Of a stretch of 64,000 nucleotides of DNA, positions 26,901-39,072 are shown one piece after another. The stretch spans positions 62,001 through 126,000 of the forward strand of contig JAQGDQ010000348.1 of NCBI GenBank assembly GCA_030141605.1, written 5' to 3'. Origin of the DNA: Tubiluchus corallicola. Its lineage: Eukaryota; Animalia; Priapulida. The notes under the pieces were generated by a model that saw only the letters and a list, made by a program, of their open reading frames with translations, ran no database searches and was not told where the DNA came from. Made by a program: the position numbers and the translations under genes. Position 1 is the stretch's first letter. Each line of letters opens with the position of its first letter.

Positions 26901-29573
26901 GTGACTGTCACAGTGATGATGTGTGTAGAACATTATGAGAACAGGTTCAGTAGTGACTGTCACAGTGACGATGTGTGTAGAACATTATGACAGCTCCACC
27001 TGTAATAGTTGTCTGATGGTTTATTGTATTGCAGGTCTTAACCAGACTGTGTTGTTCATCAGTCATTGTGGCATCAACAGTATTTTTGAAGCCATCTACC
27101 ATGCCGTCCCTATTCTTGCCCTACCTCTACACGGTGACCAGTTCAGAAATGCTGCTAAAGTTCATGACAGAGGCTTAGGCATATCTGTAGACTACAGAAA
27201 AGGTTTTACTGAGGACCTTATTGTGTTTGCCGTAGAGTCTGTTGTTGAAAACTTTAGGTAATCTTGCGTTGCTTAAAAACTCGAAATAACAATAAAACTT
27301 AAATTAGGATTTATTTTTATTGCTATCGTTCAGTGCCAAGCAGAAGATGTCAAGCAAGTGAGAAAAAATACAGCAAGATATTTACTTGTAGTAATGAAAG
27401 GTATTTACAAAAGCAGCAACGAAACAACAGGAAAATATGATATAGTTACAGATAGCTCTTATAAGTATGTTACATTTTTGTGTTGTTTCGTTGCTGTTTT
27501 TGTCAAACAATAAAGGAAAACCGGGCAGTCTTAAAGTATAGCTCAAAACGATCTACCATATAAAACATTAAAAGGGAACAAACCAATTTTTCAAGAATGA
27601 TTTACGTGAAAGAATTATTACTTCAGAAACATAATTTTGCGTTTGTATGGCTATTTCTTCATTGTTACATGCTTTTCGCCATTCGCGAGTTAGATGGGTG
27701 CTAGCGCCTGCATATCGAAAATGCTTCTCGGCATCTGCGCAAAAGACCGATGTTGTTCCTCTCAGTTTAGAGGTGTTCAGTTATGACGTAGTGCACACAT
27801 TCTAGAACTCGTGCATGAGCGCAGTGGTGAACTTGAAATTTGAATTTCAAAGTTAAATTTGCAGAGTTTTTGCACATCAATTTTCAATTTTCTCTTCACA
27901 AACACGTGCAACACACCCACGGAATGTTTGTTCTGTTGAAAATGATGTTTACTGGTGACGTCATCACTGGTTGGACTCGGCCGCCGTTAATTAAGTTTTA
28001 ACCTTTTATTTCATTATGAGGAACGCTTTTGCATTATTATAGGTCTTAAAATGTATTCTTTTTAGCATACGTCAAAATGGGGTGGGATATCAAATGTTAT
28101 TTAGTTTTCCTTTAAGTAAAGGTTATCGACAAATCAGAGTTTATGTACAAAACTTTTATCAAACTGTACTAGAAGGTGTAATATTAGATTTCTTGGCATA
28201 CAGGTAGACAATAATCTTTCATGGGATGAACACTTTAATAACATATACACAAAAATGGCACCTAGCACATCATATCTCCGATAAGTTAAAGGGCAACTAA
28301 CAAAGGAAACTAAAACACTAATATATAAAACTTTAATTCTACCACACTTCTTATACGGATGTACGCTACTTCAAAAAACCAAAAGAGAAAATTACTTAAA
28401 ATTAAATCTCCTTCAGAACTATGCGTTGAGATTGATAGCTGGGTACTCATACAAACGTAAGGCAGGCAGAAAAATTCAAAGCTTCAACAACTAACCTGAG
28501 AAAAACTTTAAAATTCCCAATCATTGAAGCACACAAAGAATATTTTACTCTGCTTTTTATATTTAAATACATTAACAACATCAGCAAACCATTCCAGAAT
28601 AACAGATTTACCTTTTTTCCAAATCCTATCGTTAATTCCAGAACAAGCAATCTAAAACAAATTAGGACAAATACCCACTATGGAACGAACTCTGTAATCA
28701 AACAAGCAATTCTACTTTGGAATTCTCTACCATTACAGGTTAAACAAATCAAGTCCCTATCAGCATTTAAAACAAAATTAAAATCACTAATATGAACCAG
28801 ATATGAAATACCATCACACCAGTACGACAACATGCACACTAATTCAGAATTCATATATCCACGGCCATATTAATTAAATCATAGTTTTTTCATTTTTTGT
28901 ACATAGTTGTAAATACGTTTGATTTTATTCGTCGTTACTTTCCATTACTGCACAGTAGTTTAGATTGCACTGACGCATTTGCCTTTAGCAGTGTAAGTTT
29001 TTATTAACTAACACTGATTGATCATCTCTGTAAAGTTTTTATCAGTGATTATCAATGTATTTTAATGGCAAATAAAGATTATATATATAATATATATATA
29101 TTGTATATATATATATATTATATATACAAATTCGTTATAACCGAAGAATTTTGATAGACGTTTGTTGCTAAGTGCCAAGCCACAAATCCTATTCATAAAT
29201 TCATTTTTCAAGTCAAACTGCAGAATAATGTTACATTGTATTCATTTTCAGGTATAAGGAAAACATGCAACGTCTTTCTAACATATTTAAGGCAGCTCCA
29301 ATGAAACCAGAAGATGTTCTAAAAAGGTGGATAAACTATACTTTAGACACAGACGGGGCACACCATCTACGATCAGGCTCTGTAGACCTCTACGTGTTCC
29401 AGTATTGGTTGCTGGACGTGTTTTTAGCTTTTCTAGCTTTATCTGTTGGATCCTTTGCAGTGGCGCTCTACGTGGCAGCTAAAATTTCCAGATGGCTGGA
29501 CAAGGATAAACCGAAAAGTGGCGCCTCTTCGAAACAGAATCCCAAACTTAAGAGAAAAGTGAAGACAAAATAG
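20317..29573 (+). CDS. UDP-glycosyltransferase (GT1 family, UGT/UGT8-like ER enzyme), complete 6-exon gene (528 aa)
   Basis: Exons 20317-20979, 21915-22058, 22897-22989, 23983-24124, 27035-27257, 29252-29573 sum to 1587 nt in frame. Signal peptide, catalytic SH and FDLIVLD, FEYPQP..PN..IGG, LVTFGT, UGT signature LPQNDLLG...FISHCGINSIFEAIYHAVP...PLHGDQ, QYWLLDV + TM helix, C-terminal KVKTK ER-retrieval motif. Confidence 0.92.
21168..21937 (+). repeat. 35-bp minisatellite, ~22 copies, spanning the UGT intron 1/exon 2 junction
   Basis: Unit TTTTTATATACAG|GGTGGTGAATCAGTTGGTTCAA; the last copy supplies the acceptor and the first 7 codons of exon 2. Confidence 0.95.
21915..22058 (+). CDS. UGT exon 2 (not in ORF track)
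   Basis: TTTTACTTATAG| GGESVGSIRREASMVFPMTNYPFEYPQPLVPNVKLIGGLTAHPVEDLH |GTAAGT; 144 nt, phase 0/0. Confidence 0.88.
22150..22850. mobile_element. Family B-related copy in UGT intron 2
   Basis: GCTTACGGAAA...CACGAAGT...CATAATTTTCAAGTGAATGGCGG shared with other copies; boundaries approximate. Confidence 0.55.
22897..22989 (+). CDS. UGT exon 3 (not in ORF track)
   Basis: TTGTTCCAG| GITRFISAAKNKPLVLVTFGTLFGRMNHMEE |GTAGGA; 93 nt. Confidence 0.88.
23071..23868. repeat. 36-bp minisatellite, ~22 copies, UGT intron 3
   Basis: Unit AATTAATCGATTAATAATCTTATCGTAGACTGAAGC with the 14-bp palindrome ATTAATCGATTAAT. Confidence 0.96.
23983..24124 (+). CDS. UGT exon 4
   Basis: TTTTCAG| DDLDILLKAF...FVW...LPDNVQVFSQLPQNDLL G|GTATTA, phase 1. 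Confidence 0.9.
24215..26992. repeat. 52-bp minisatellite, ~53 copies, filling UGT intron 4
   Basis: Unit GTGATGATGTGTGTAGAACATTATGAGAACAGCTTCAGTAGTGACTGTCACA; unrelated to the CYP 52-mer. Confidence 0.97.
27035..27257 (+). CDS. UGT exon 5
   Basis: TTGCAG| ...LFISHCGINSIFEAIYHAVPILALPLHGDQFRNAAKV... AG|GTAATC, phase 2. Confidence 0.92.
27570..28111. mobile_element. TTAA-type family C copy in UGT intron 5
   Basis: AAGAATGA(T/C)TTACGTGAAAGAATTA...TTCGCCATTCGC shared with 48250-48850; ends TTTCCT|TTAA. Confidence 0.6.
28115..29085 (+). mobile_element. 5'-truncated CR1/L2-like LINE (RT C-terminus + 3' UTR) in UGT intron 5
   Basis: Degenerate translation FLGIQVDNNLSWDEHF...IYKTLILPHFLYG...LWNSLPLQVKQIKSLSAFKTKLK, then 3' UTR, AATAAA and (TA)n tail. 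Confidence 0.72.
29252..29573 (+). CDS. UGT exon 6
   Basis: TTTTCAG| YKENMQRLS...WINY...GAHHLR...QYWLLDV, TM segment, KRKVKTK*; AATAAA at ~29693 and ~29711. Confidence 0.92.
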
Positions 29574-29649
29574 TCATGACAGCCTTGGCAAGCCAACAGA
29601 TATAACAGTCCTACATTTTCTGTGACTGTGGGCTAAACTCGCATAATAC

Positions 29650-29685
<36 letters not shown>

Positions 29686-30878
29686 TAATAATAATAAACA
29701 ATTTTAGCTCAATAAATATTGAATTATTAAAACTTTTTCAACTTTCGTCATGACCTTAGCCACACTTAAAATTGCTGATTAGATTTAGATTAGATTAGAT
29801 TAGATTAGTTCGTATGTTTTTAATAAAGCAATTAGAAGTGTTGATAATCATCTATTGTTATCGTATTTGTTCTAATTAAGAATGATGGATTAACTTTTAA
29901 TTAAAATATTTACATATCGTATTTTTATGATTATTAATTAATATTATAAAACTAACGTATTTTAAGAAAAAACCTTTTTGTTAGCCGGTAATGGAAACCT
30001 TTACCATTTGAACAAAATTAGAACAGGTAAGTGAAATCCTCTTTTATAAAACGTGTTGCAGTAAAATTAATTTCGTTGGCCTTTGCTTACGGAAGAACGC
30101 ATCTAATGTTTACAAGCGAGGCGAAATAGGTCCACCCACATGAATTTATAGGACAATATAAACGGGCACAATAATTATTCTAGCATCATATTATCAGGAA
30201 AATGTTCAAAAACACTAAAAATTTCATTTTATAATTCCTTGCCCACTTTTCTGTCTAGAAACTAGTAATGCAATTGTAAAAAACACTCATTTTCAAACTC
30301 CGAAGCGGCTCGAGGAAGCGGTCATTTCGCTTCGGGTAAAAACTGTTGACAAGCCCAGATCTTTGTCAGGAAGAGCCATCTACTGGATTGAAACATAACA
30401 TCAATATGTTCTTGCAAAGTCCATAGCAACCAACATCTGTGCGTAAAGTGTTTGGCAGAATGGCGACAAAAAACAATAACAGTGATTTTCTCAAGTTTAT
30501 GTTTGTCAGTGCGCAGCCTGCACCTCAACTTCAATGTGGATTATCTGAGCTTACAAAGAGCAATGAGCTTGGTATCAAAATGATCTTCATGAAATGGAGA
30601 TTTAGGATATGTGACTAACTAGAAAAGCGTATTTGCCGACTTACGAACGAACTTTGCTATGCAAGCATACAACTCATGTTTTTAGCACTTCCGCTTGCAT
30701 ATGGTGGACTTTGAGTCTTTGAAACAATAGACCATTCAAGAGATTAATATACATCATATTGCACACGTAATCTCTCTAAATGTCAATATCTGGAAATGAA
30801 TTAGAATGGAATAGAAAAATGGAAACATTGAATTGGTATAATATCATGGAGTACAGTATAGTGAAAACATCACTATCG

Positions 30879-31061
30879 TGTTTACTTGACGTTGATCAAG
30901 TTTACTTGACGTTGGTAAAGTTTACTTGACGTTGATAAAGTTTACTTGACGTTGATAAAGTTTACTTGACGTTGATAAAGTTTACTTGACGTTGGTAAAG
31001 TTTACTTGATGTTGATAAAGTTTACATGACGTTGTTAAAGTTTACTTGATGTTGATAAAGT
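30879..31061. repeat. 20-bp tandem repeat, ~9 copies
   Basis: GTTTACTTGACGTTGATAAA. Confidence 0.92.
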
Positions 31062-31511
31062 AAAGTCTAAAAGTAAATTAAAAACATCCATTTGAATAGG
31101 TGAAACTTGGCGCAGAAAAAAAAACAAATTTTCTAAATTTATTATTAAATTCCATGACTTACAAGTCCAAGTTCTACGCCAGAAATAAAACTTAGTAATG
31201 CCATAGAATCTTAATTTCTACTGTAAGCTGATCATTTACTGCTCCAAAAATATTTGCACTGACATTAGTTTCTGTAACCAAGAGTTGCAATTTTTGTGAA
31301 ACTAGCTGATTCCATTAAAAACACAGATGACCATATACAAAAAATACTTTCACGTATTTAAGTAGTTATTAAAATCCTTTACTATAGTCACTGTACGAAA
31401 TTTCTGTCTGAAAATATTAGAGCTCATGTGGTCATTGTCAAACACTACATTCAGTATATCATTTGTGAATATGACAAAAAATGACAAGCAGTGGAAGCAC
31501 AAATAATAAAC

Positions 31512-31898
31512 AGCCTTTTCACAGTTCTGGCGATTGATGATGATCGTGAATGGTTAAAGGTGTAGTGTACCAGACAACGCATTTGTGTACACTTGACAAC
31601 GCTTAACAACCTGCTCATGCTGTTGTAATGACAGTTCTAACAGCTAGCAAGAACCTTACCTAGTCCATTATTTCTTGTTCCCGAGCAAGGTCCTGCTAGT
31701 AAATCACTCTATGCACAGACTAATGCATAATTAATTAAAATCCACGTAAAACAACTGAAATTACTGAACTGATGCGACACACGGCTTTGCTTTACATACC
31801 TGTCACATGAAGGTTGTAGTTAAAACGTGTTGCTGTGGTACACTTAACCTTTGAACAACAGCAACTGTGTGTGCGCACAAAGAAACAGTGAAAAGCAT
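31512..31898. mobile_element. MITE family A (opposite orientation)
   Basis: AGCCTTTTCACAGTTC...CGATTGATGATGATCGTGA...ACAGTGAAAAGC. Confidence 0.7.
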
Positions 31899-31939
31899 AT
31901 TATGATGACATTTTAATACACGCCACCTGAAATAAATCG

Positions 31940-32757
31940 GTAGCCACTTCAAGGTAAAGGCTATAAGTGGGAACATGAAAGCAGATCCAAAAAACAAGAA
32001 CTTTTGTAAGTAAATTTCTAGTGATAGGCGGTGACAGGAGGACTTTCTTCTTGAAACGGGGGGCGATACGTAATAGTTAACTTGATCAGGGTTTTTCTCG
32101 TAAGGAGTTCTGCTAATAAGTTGCTTGGGCAAAAACATTATTAATACGCAGCTGCTCTGCGCTATGTGATACAAAAATATAACTAAAAAAATCTGATGTA
32201 AATATATCAAATTTTTGGGATTTGTTCTTTAATTTAGACATATTTAGTACTGCTTTCGACTGCAAAAAGTTGGCATTAAGTAAGTGCGACTTTATAATGA
32301 GGTGAATTAATACATAGATGTCTATGCAAATATAGACGCCCCGTTTTGCCAAAAATTTGGGCATTAAGCAAGGTTGGCATTATAACAAGGTTTGACTGTA
32401 TACCAAAAGAGTGAATATTTCCTGATTCAATGATAAATATTTACAATAAATATAAGGAAAATACTGGGAATACAAAACTAAGTATGTACATAACATTTTT
32501 AATAAACTATACAAGAGGCAAGATATCAAAAATTTGCTAAATGTTCACGATTCACCAATAACACATATGATAATGAATCAAAGCAAAGAGAACCAGCCCT
32601 CGTGGAAAAAGCTAGGGCGAGAAATCAAATAGGCAATCTAAACAAACAAGAAAAGTACATCAGCTATGATTATGATGAGGCAGGTATTTTGCCAAAAATA
32701 ATTACATTAAGCGAGATTGGCTTTATAAAGGGGGTATTATGACAAGATTTGTCTGTA
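31940..32757. mobile_element. Tc1/pogo-type MITE fragments
   Basis: Two similar ends ...ATTAT(A/G)ACAAG(G/A)TTTG(A/T)CTG|TA at ~32400 and ~32755 (TA|CAGTCAAACC terminus); left boundary uncertain. Confidence 0.4.
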
Positions 32758-33453
32758 TATCTATAATAGTGCTAATGATACTTCCAAAAATCGCTTTGTT
32801 TTGGGATTTATTGCATTTCTCACAATTGAAATGAACATACTTTTAAGAAGTGAATCTATTTTGATGAAACATAATAGTGCTCAGACACATTATAACAAGT
32901 ACTGAGCAACGGTTTATACTATCTTTTTTGTGAATTCATATTTTTAAATTTTTACCTTATTTGCCAATTTTATTTTTGTCCAAATGCTGTTCTTAACAAT
33001 AAGGATCTATAACGCAGTGTTGCGTCACTTTTTCACAAAACAAACAAACCCCACAAGTCACGAGACTGACACTGATTTATTAAACTATCAGGTGTTAAAA
33101 ATCTACCTACTGTCCTGTTTTAAATAGCTTAATCACTATTGCCATCATCCTAACTTACTATGCCAAAGCAGCAACAGCAAGAATCCAAAGAAGCCACACT
33201 GAGCGTGCCTTTCAAAGCAACTAGTTAGTAGTTACACAAGACACTTTATGATAAACCATCAGCACATGCGAATGCTAGGAGGATTAATCTGTGATTGTCA
33301 CTTTCTATAGAAGGTTCAAAACTAGAATGTGTTTCGCATCGTAAAATGCATAAAGATGGCCCACTAAAAATACATTATTTCACAATATCAATATATCATA
33401 TCAATATATATATATATATATATATACACTTCACATAAAAAAGGTAGTTAAAC

Positions 33454-34608
33454 CTACTCAATAGTTAACTGAAATTTCTCAATTTGCTCAAATTCTTCAT
33501 TCATTGCTGCTGACAACTGCACTTCGTCAGCAAGTTCTTTCGATTTCGGTCGCCTCCTCTTTCGCTTTGGTTCCTCCGCACACTCCCCTGATTTTCGCTT
33601 TTTTGACACTGTCCTAACTTTACCTGCAGAAGTAACCACTCTGCTGTCAAACATCATAGACGATGATGCGGTGGAAATTGACAACGTTTCACAAGGCTTT
33701 ATAGGTGTGACATCAATATGATCGGGGCGAAGAGCATCAAATCCAAAACAATCCGACACTTTCTGCTTACTCAGCGACGGAGTGGATGTCTGAGTGAAGC
33801 CTGCTGATTTGGAGCGAACATGAGGCGTTAAAAAGATTCCACTATCATTACAGGTGCTGTTCAAAAGAGGCTTACCAATATTGGCAGTTAAAGGGGTGAT
33901 ATTAGGTTTAACAGATTTTCTTTTAAAACGATTCACTGAGTTTTCTGTGATATTTTCATCCCACGTTTCATTTAAACTCATTTCTGCAGAATGTGCACCG
34001 TCTGCGTTTTTCTGGCCCAGTTCCGAAGACGCGACTTTGGCACTTTTTATGAATCCCATTCTCTGACAACATTCATTTTCAAATTTAGGTTTTGTTAACA
34101 TACATCCTTTGCTTTTTGAACTTCTATTCGCCTTAATTCGATCCAACGTGGATTGTGCATTAGAAGAGGTCTTGAAAGTTGACTGCAATGCAGGCCTTTG
34201 AAAAACTGCAGAACTTTTGTCCGGTGACCTCTTGTTAAGTAAAGGAGGCTTCAGTCTGTGCAATTTGGGAGACAACATGAGATTTCTCATTGCTATTTGG
34301 GGTAGATCTATGCTACCAGCATCCTGCACTGTTGGTGAACACTGCATGCTCTGTGGGCTATTCAGTACACTGCTTGAGTATTCTGAATCACCTGCATAAT
34401 CAGAACTTTGAGGTGAAGTGACAGCTGGAAGAGGTTTTGAACCAAGGCTGTTCTCATTTTCACATTTTTTCATCAAAACACGATTTGACCTTCTCAGGGA
34501 AGACCATTCACGTTTTGTCAATAACAGTTTTCTACCAGCTTCAACATCTTCATCGGAAGAACAGCTTCGGCTAGAATGCTGCAATTCTCTTCGTCTTCTG
34601 TGAGCCAT
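33454..34608 (-). CDS. CDCA5: Sororin-like cohesin regulator (CDCA5/Dalmatian family), ~384 aa, single coding exon
   Basis: Disordered basic Ser/Pro-rich protein with many S/T-P sites, an FGF motif (DCFGFD), a basic cluster (KKRK...KRKRRRPK) and a C-terminal sororin domain AAMNEEFEQIEKFQLTIE (human from memory: AAAMNAEFEAAEQFDLLVE). First ATG at 34608; a possible acceptor near 34633 implies a 5' UTR intron. Confidence 0.82.
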   Translation of the reverse strand: MAHRRRRELQHSSRSCSSDEDVEAGRKLLLTKREWSSLRRSNRVLMKKCENENSLGSKPLPAVTSPQSSDYAGDSEYSSSVLNSPQSMQCSPTVQDAGSIDLPQIAMRNLMLSPKLHRLKPPLLNKRSPDKSSAVFQRPALQSTFKTSSNAQSTLDRIKANRSSKSKGCMLTKPKFENECCQRMGFIKSAKVASSELGQKNADGAHSAEMSLNETWDENITENSVNRFKRKSVKPNITPLTANIGKPLLNSTCNDSGIFLTPHVRSKSAGFTQTSTPSLSKQKVSDCFGFDALRPDHIDVTPIKPCETLSISTASSSMMFDSRVVTSAGKVRTVSKKRKSGECAEEPKRKRRRPKSKELADEVQLSAAMNEEFEQIEKFQLTIE

Positions 34609-35084
34609 TGATTTCACGCAACAGCTTCGTACCTTCAACAAAAATGGTAAACAATGTCTATTAAGCAAGCAATCTTACTTGATACTCAAATTATATATTA
34701 TGCATGAATAGAAACAACTGAAAATTACATGAAACTAGTTATTCTAATTAATTTCTTTACCAACTGCAAAAAATGCCATCTAGTCTAATGAAAAAGCTGA
34801 AGCATGGGTGCTTGATTACACAGTACACACAACTACGTATATGTAATGGAAAATTATAACTAATCATAATTAGAATTACAACTCTTATAAAAATCCTACA
34901 AAGAATAAAAGACAAAAGTAACTGTTTTTTAATTTATTTTTCATAGATTTATTTATTTGTTCTAAGTTTGTCAATAAGACTTGTTTCGTTGGAGACTAAA
35001 ACTATTTAGTAAGCCTATTGATCTATGGTAAAATTAATACTGATGAAATTGACAAATTATTACAAATATTGTGCATGTTCGTTA

Positions 35085-35810
35085 AGGGGAGCATCGAATG
35101 TTCAAATTCTAGGAACACTGAATACTAAGTAAACTGCAGAAGTTTGAATTATTCTAAACCACACACGCCTATGAAAAACTACGATGCACTTACAAAAAAA
35201 TCACGAAGTCCACAAGTTATATCATAATTTTCAAGTGAATGGCATCGTCTCTGAAAATTTCTGTACTACGTTAGTACATAAATAAACTTATTAGTGTTTT
35301 ATACAGCGTTATGCCTTCTTTTTGTTATAGATTTCTAAGTTTAAGTGACAGCAGCAAAATAAGCTAAACGATGTGTCCTTTCCTTTAAGGGAAGTCAGGG
35401 TGATTTTTCGTAAATTATTCTACTCCATTTTTAAGTACAGTAAAAAGAATGTGGCAAGTATTAAGATAAAAACTCGGCAAGTTTTAATATAAAACTTAAA
35501 ATTTCAATTTTCACACTCACGCATAAGCTGTCGAATGTGTGCAGTTCGTTACAAACTAACACATCGGAACTGAGAGGTACTGTTTTTTGTGCAAAGCTGT
35601 CAGAAATTAGTGCCTGTCTTACATGCGAATGGCAAAATGCATGTAACAGTGAAGAACTAGTGCCGCGAAATTGCGTTTGTGTGGTAAAAATTGTTTTGTT
35701 TAAGTCATTCATTAAAAATGCATCCTTTTCTTTCAATATTTCAGAGAATAGGTTGTTTTGACCTACAGTTTAACATTGGGTCCAGGTTTGCATTAATAAC
35801 TTTTTCCCTT
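35085..35810. mobile_element. Adjacent family B (35085-35384) and family C (35389-~35810) elements sharing one TTAA
   Basis: ...CCTTTCCT|TTAA|GGGAAG...; family C is homologous to 27570-28111, 48250-48850 and 49870-50105. Confidence 0.6.
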
Positions 35811-35934
35811 TCAACAGCATTGCAATTTGCAACACAATAGCAACCAACCATGTTTACATAAGCATCATCACCAGATTTAATTATCTAAATTTTTTCAATA
35901 TTCAGCTTCAGTGGGTTATTTTCCCAAAAATAAA

Positions 35935-36183
35935 AGAAGAACATTGGACAAGAAAAATACAAAGACGCCATTTAAGATGGACTGGGCATATGCTTAGACT
36001 ACCTGATGATATTCCAGTGAAGATATAGAACCAGCTAAAAAACCTGCAGGAGGACAAATGTTAACATACTTAGATTTTGCACAGAAAGATTTAAACACTT
36101 CAGCATTGATCCTTAGAAATAAATGCACTTGGCGCATTGTGGAAAGCAGGGAGTCTTGGCATCATTGGATGATGATGATGATG
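35935..36183 (+). mobile_element. RTE-like LINE 3' remnant
   Basis: IQRRHLRWTGHMLRLPDDIPVK followed by a (GAT)n tail. Confidence 0.55.
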
Positions 36184-38569
36184 GTCATTTTCCCCTTTCC
36201 CTAACATTTGATAAACAATAAACATTCCAACGAACTACTCTTCGGTGCCTCAGCACCATTGTCATCACAGAAATTATGCTGGCAATGTTGACTCTAGGAA
36301 TTAATGTTAATTCTCACATCTTAAAATTATAACCGTTTGTCAGCTAATAGAGAATTTCGGACTTTATTTTTGTTAACCTAAGCCTTAAGGTACGACTCCA
36401 TGTGTACATAATGCATATACAACAATTTGTATTTAAACATGTAGAAGTGTTTCCATGTGTACGTAATCCGTGATCCGTATTCATTCGAACATGATCACTA
36501 TCATCCGAATACCCATCAAGCAGCAATATGCAGATGGAAAACCGCCATTGCCTAGTTGATTATAGTGAGTTTTCAACATTCAGATGACCATTCTTGCTGT
36601 TTAAGTTTCTAAAAATTCTAGTTAAGTGAGTTTTGGTCACTTTAGGACCTATAAACAATAAGATTTTTTTCCATTACAGTTTTTGAGAGGCGGAAGAAGC
36701 ATGTAGTCAAGTGTTGTGCATCTGACTACAGTTTTTTCACTAAATGATGATATGTGCTGTATTATTTTCTTCCCTGCAAAATGTAATGCCCCAAAACCTA
36801 TGCTTTCTTTTGAATTTTTTCATTGAATAGTGCAATAATAAACTAGTGCCGCAGCAGTGCCGTTATCATGGTTAAATTTCAACACAGTAGGGTTTCCAAA
36901 CATTATTGCTTGCAATTTTCACGAATAGTGATAGTGACCATAATGGCAGAAAGAGCAGCATGAGCTTTGTTAATAAGTGTAAAGTTTACGGACACATGGA
37001 AACAGTCAATACGCATCACACATTATGTGCATATAGAGCCCTAGCTTAATCCATAAAGTTTCTTAACAATGTATCTGTTTTACATTATTACTAAAAATTC
37101 TACGATGCAACGAACAGATTCCCAACAGCTTCTGATATTGAATCAACTGACAACCGAATCTGTGAAAAGACATTTTCTTGACGACCATCTTAGTGCTGAT
37201 TATAAAATCGCCCAAAATTTGTTTTAAGAGGGTTTTTCACCAGTGTCCAACAAAGTTGAACAAAAAATTAAAAACAAAAACAACTAGAAGTTACAAATAT
37301 TCGTACAACTTGGTCCATGGTGACAAAAAAATTAAACAAGGAATCTGTAATTCTATATGTTCATAAACTACGCTTCTTTGTCGAATATTCGTAGTTGTTT
37401 ACTTACTAGTTCGCAAAACAAACGAAAAAAGTAATATTTTCCAATTTCAAAAACAAAATAACATTCACTTAGCAATAAGGACAACCTTTAGCTTCCTTAC
37501 AACGAACTAATACCACTAAGTTTGCGCTTTATCTACGACCGGCATTTTATAGTTAAGGCACTCTTTTCAGTTTCGTCTTTTGTCGCGCGATGGTAGCACA
37601 ATACAGTTTTTGTAGATTAATCGCTGCTCTATAAGAGTAGTATAGTAAATAAGTCTATTGTGCTAGAAGATAGAGTTTCTCTGACTAATTCCGATATTAT
37701 CAAAGTGGATAGTTCGCCAACATATCTGTCAACAACGAAACAACGAAGCTAAGATTCTGAGATACATCCAAAAGCTTCTTAATTTTTGTATTTTTTAGTT
37801 ATGGTAATTAAGCTGCTAAATACCGGAGCAGCTGATTGCATAACTGGTGTCTTGTTAACTAAAATGACTACACATCTATAAAATTATTAATTATTTTGTA
37901 GATGTCATTAATTCGCTCATAATTTTAGAAAACTTGTGAATCATCGAGAAATTCAACTCCAATAGGCTTCATCGTAACAATATTTTTTTGTGTTGAGCCA
38001 GCATAATAAATGTGCTAACTAAAAAGCTTGCTTAACTGATAAAAATAGACACGTTATTATGACAAGCTCACCTAGCAGTTAGTATAGTCTACAAGTAGGC
38101 CAGGCTGCACCATTTTAATTACCAAACCTGTTAAACATATCTTTAATTGACTCAAATAACTTCGCTTAATTGACCCAATATTTTTCCTTCACTTACTTAA
38201 AATTAGACATTTGTATGTGCCTTTCCTACTTTTATGTCATCTTTACTTCTCTTTTGTTCATTATATATGTGGAAACAATCATGTTAAGTACCGTATTGTT
38301 TGTAAACAGGTACATTTATCATGCGCTAATACGCTAGTGTAGCGGTTTTGCTTTGAATCTGTTACCCACTGGCCCATTGCAATTAACCTCGTTACCCAAA
38401 GAATTTCTGGAAGCTAAACATTTTTAAAATCACTTGCCTAGTGGTTTCCTTTTCATGCTCTAGTTGCAAATCACGCTTTCAGGTTTAATGAGTTAATAGT
38501 CAAAGATGCAGGTACACTAATCAGCCAGTATTCCTTGTGACTTACAAGAGTACTCGTACAGCAAATTTT

Positions 38570-39072
38570 GAAAAATGGAGCATAAACGTAAAGATCTAAC
38601 AGTTAAGGAGAAACTGAAAATTTTAGAGCAGTACGAGCAATTTAAAATATGCGCACCAACTGGTAAACTTCACTGGCTCACTATTCCAGTGTGCACCATT
38701 GGCTCACCAAAAACTTATAGTTATTGAGAAGATGAAGTATTTGATACATTTGTTTAGTTAGTGAATGGCATCATGAATGTTCTGATTACTTTTTCAAACT
38801 TTGCCTTATCTAAATCTATTCAAACACCTACCATCAAAATGGCCATGCCTACCGGTCGTTGCAAGAATTTGAATTTTCAAGCTTTATGCGTGTTACTGCG
38901 TACACAAGCTCTGTGCGCAATAACGGAGTACACAGGAGACACAAAAATTCAAGACGATTTTTTTGCTTTATGTAAGTAAACGGTTTTTTTGTCCTTTAAT
39001 GCTTAACTTCAAGCCAATGTTCTTATACCCGTTCCAATAATACCTTCGGGTATTACAAGACCATTACTATTA
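38570..39072 (+). mobile_element. pogo/Tigger relic
   Basis: KRKDLTVKEKLKILEQYE resembles the CENP-B/psq HTH start of Tigger transposases; degenerate downstream. Confidence 0.5.
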
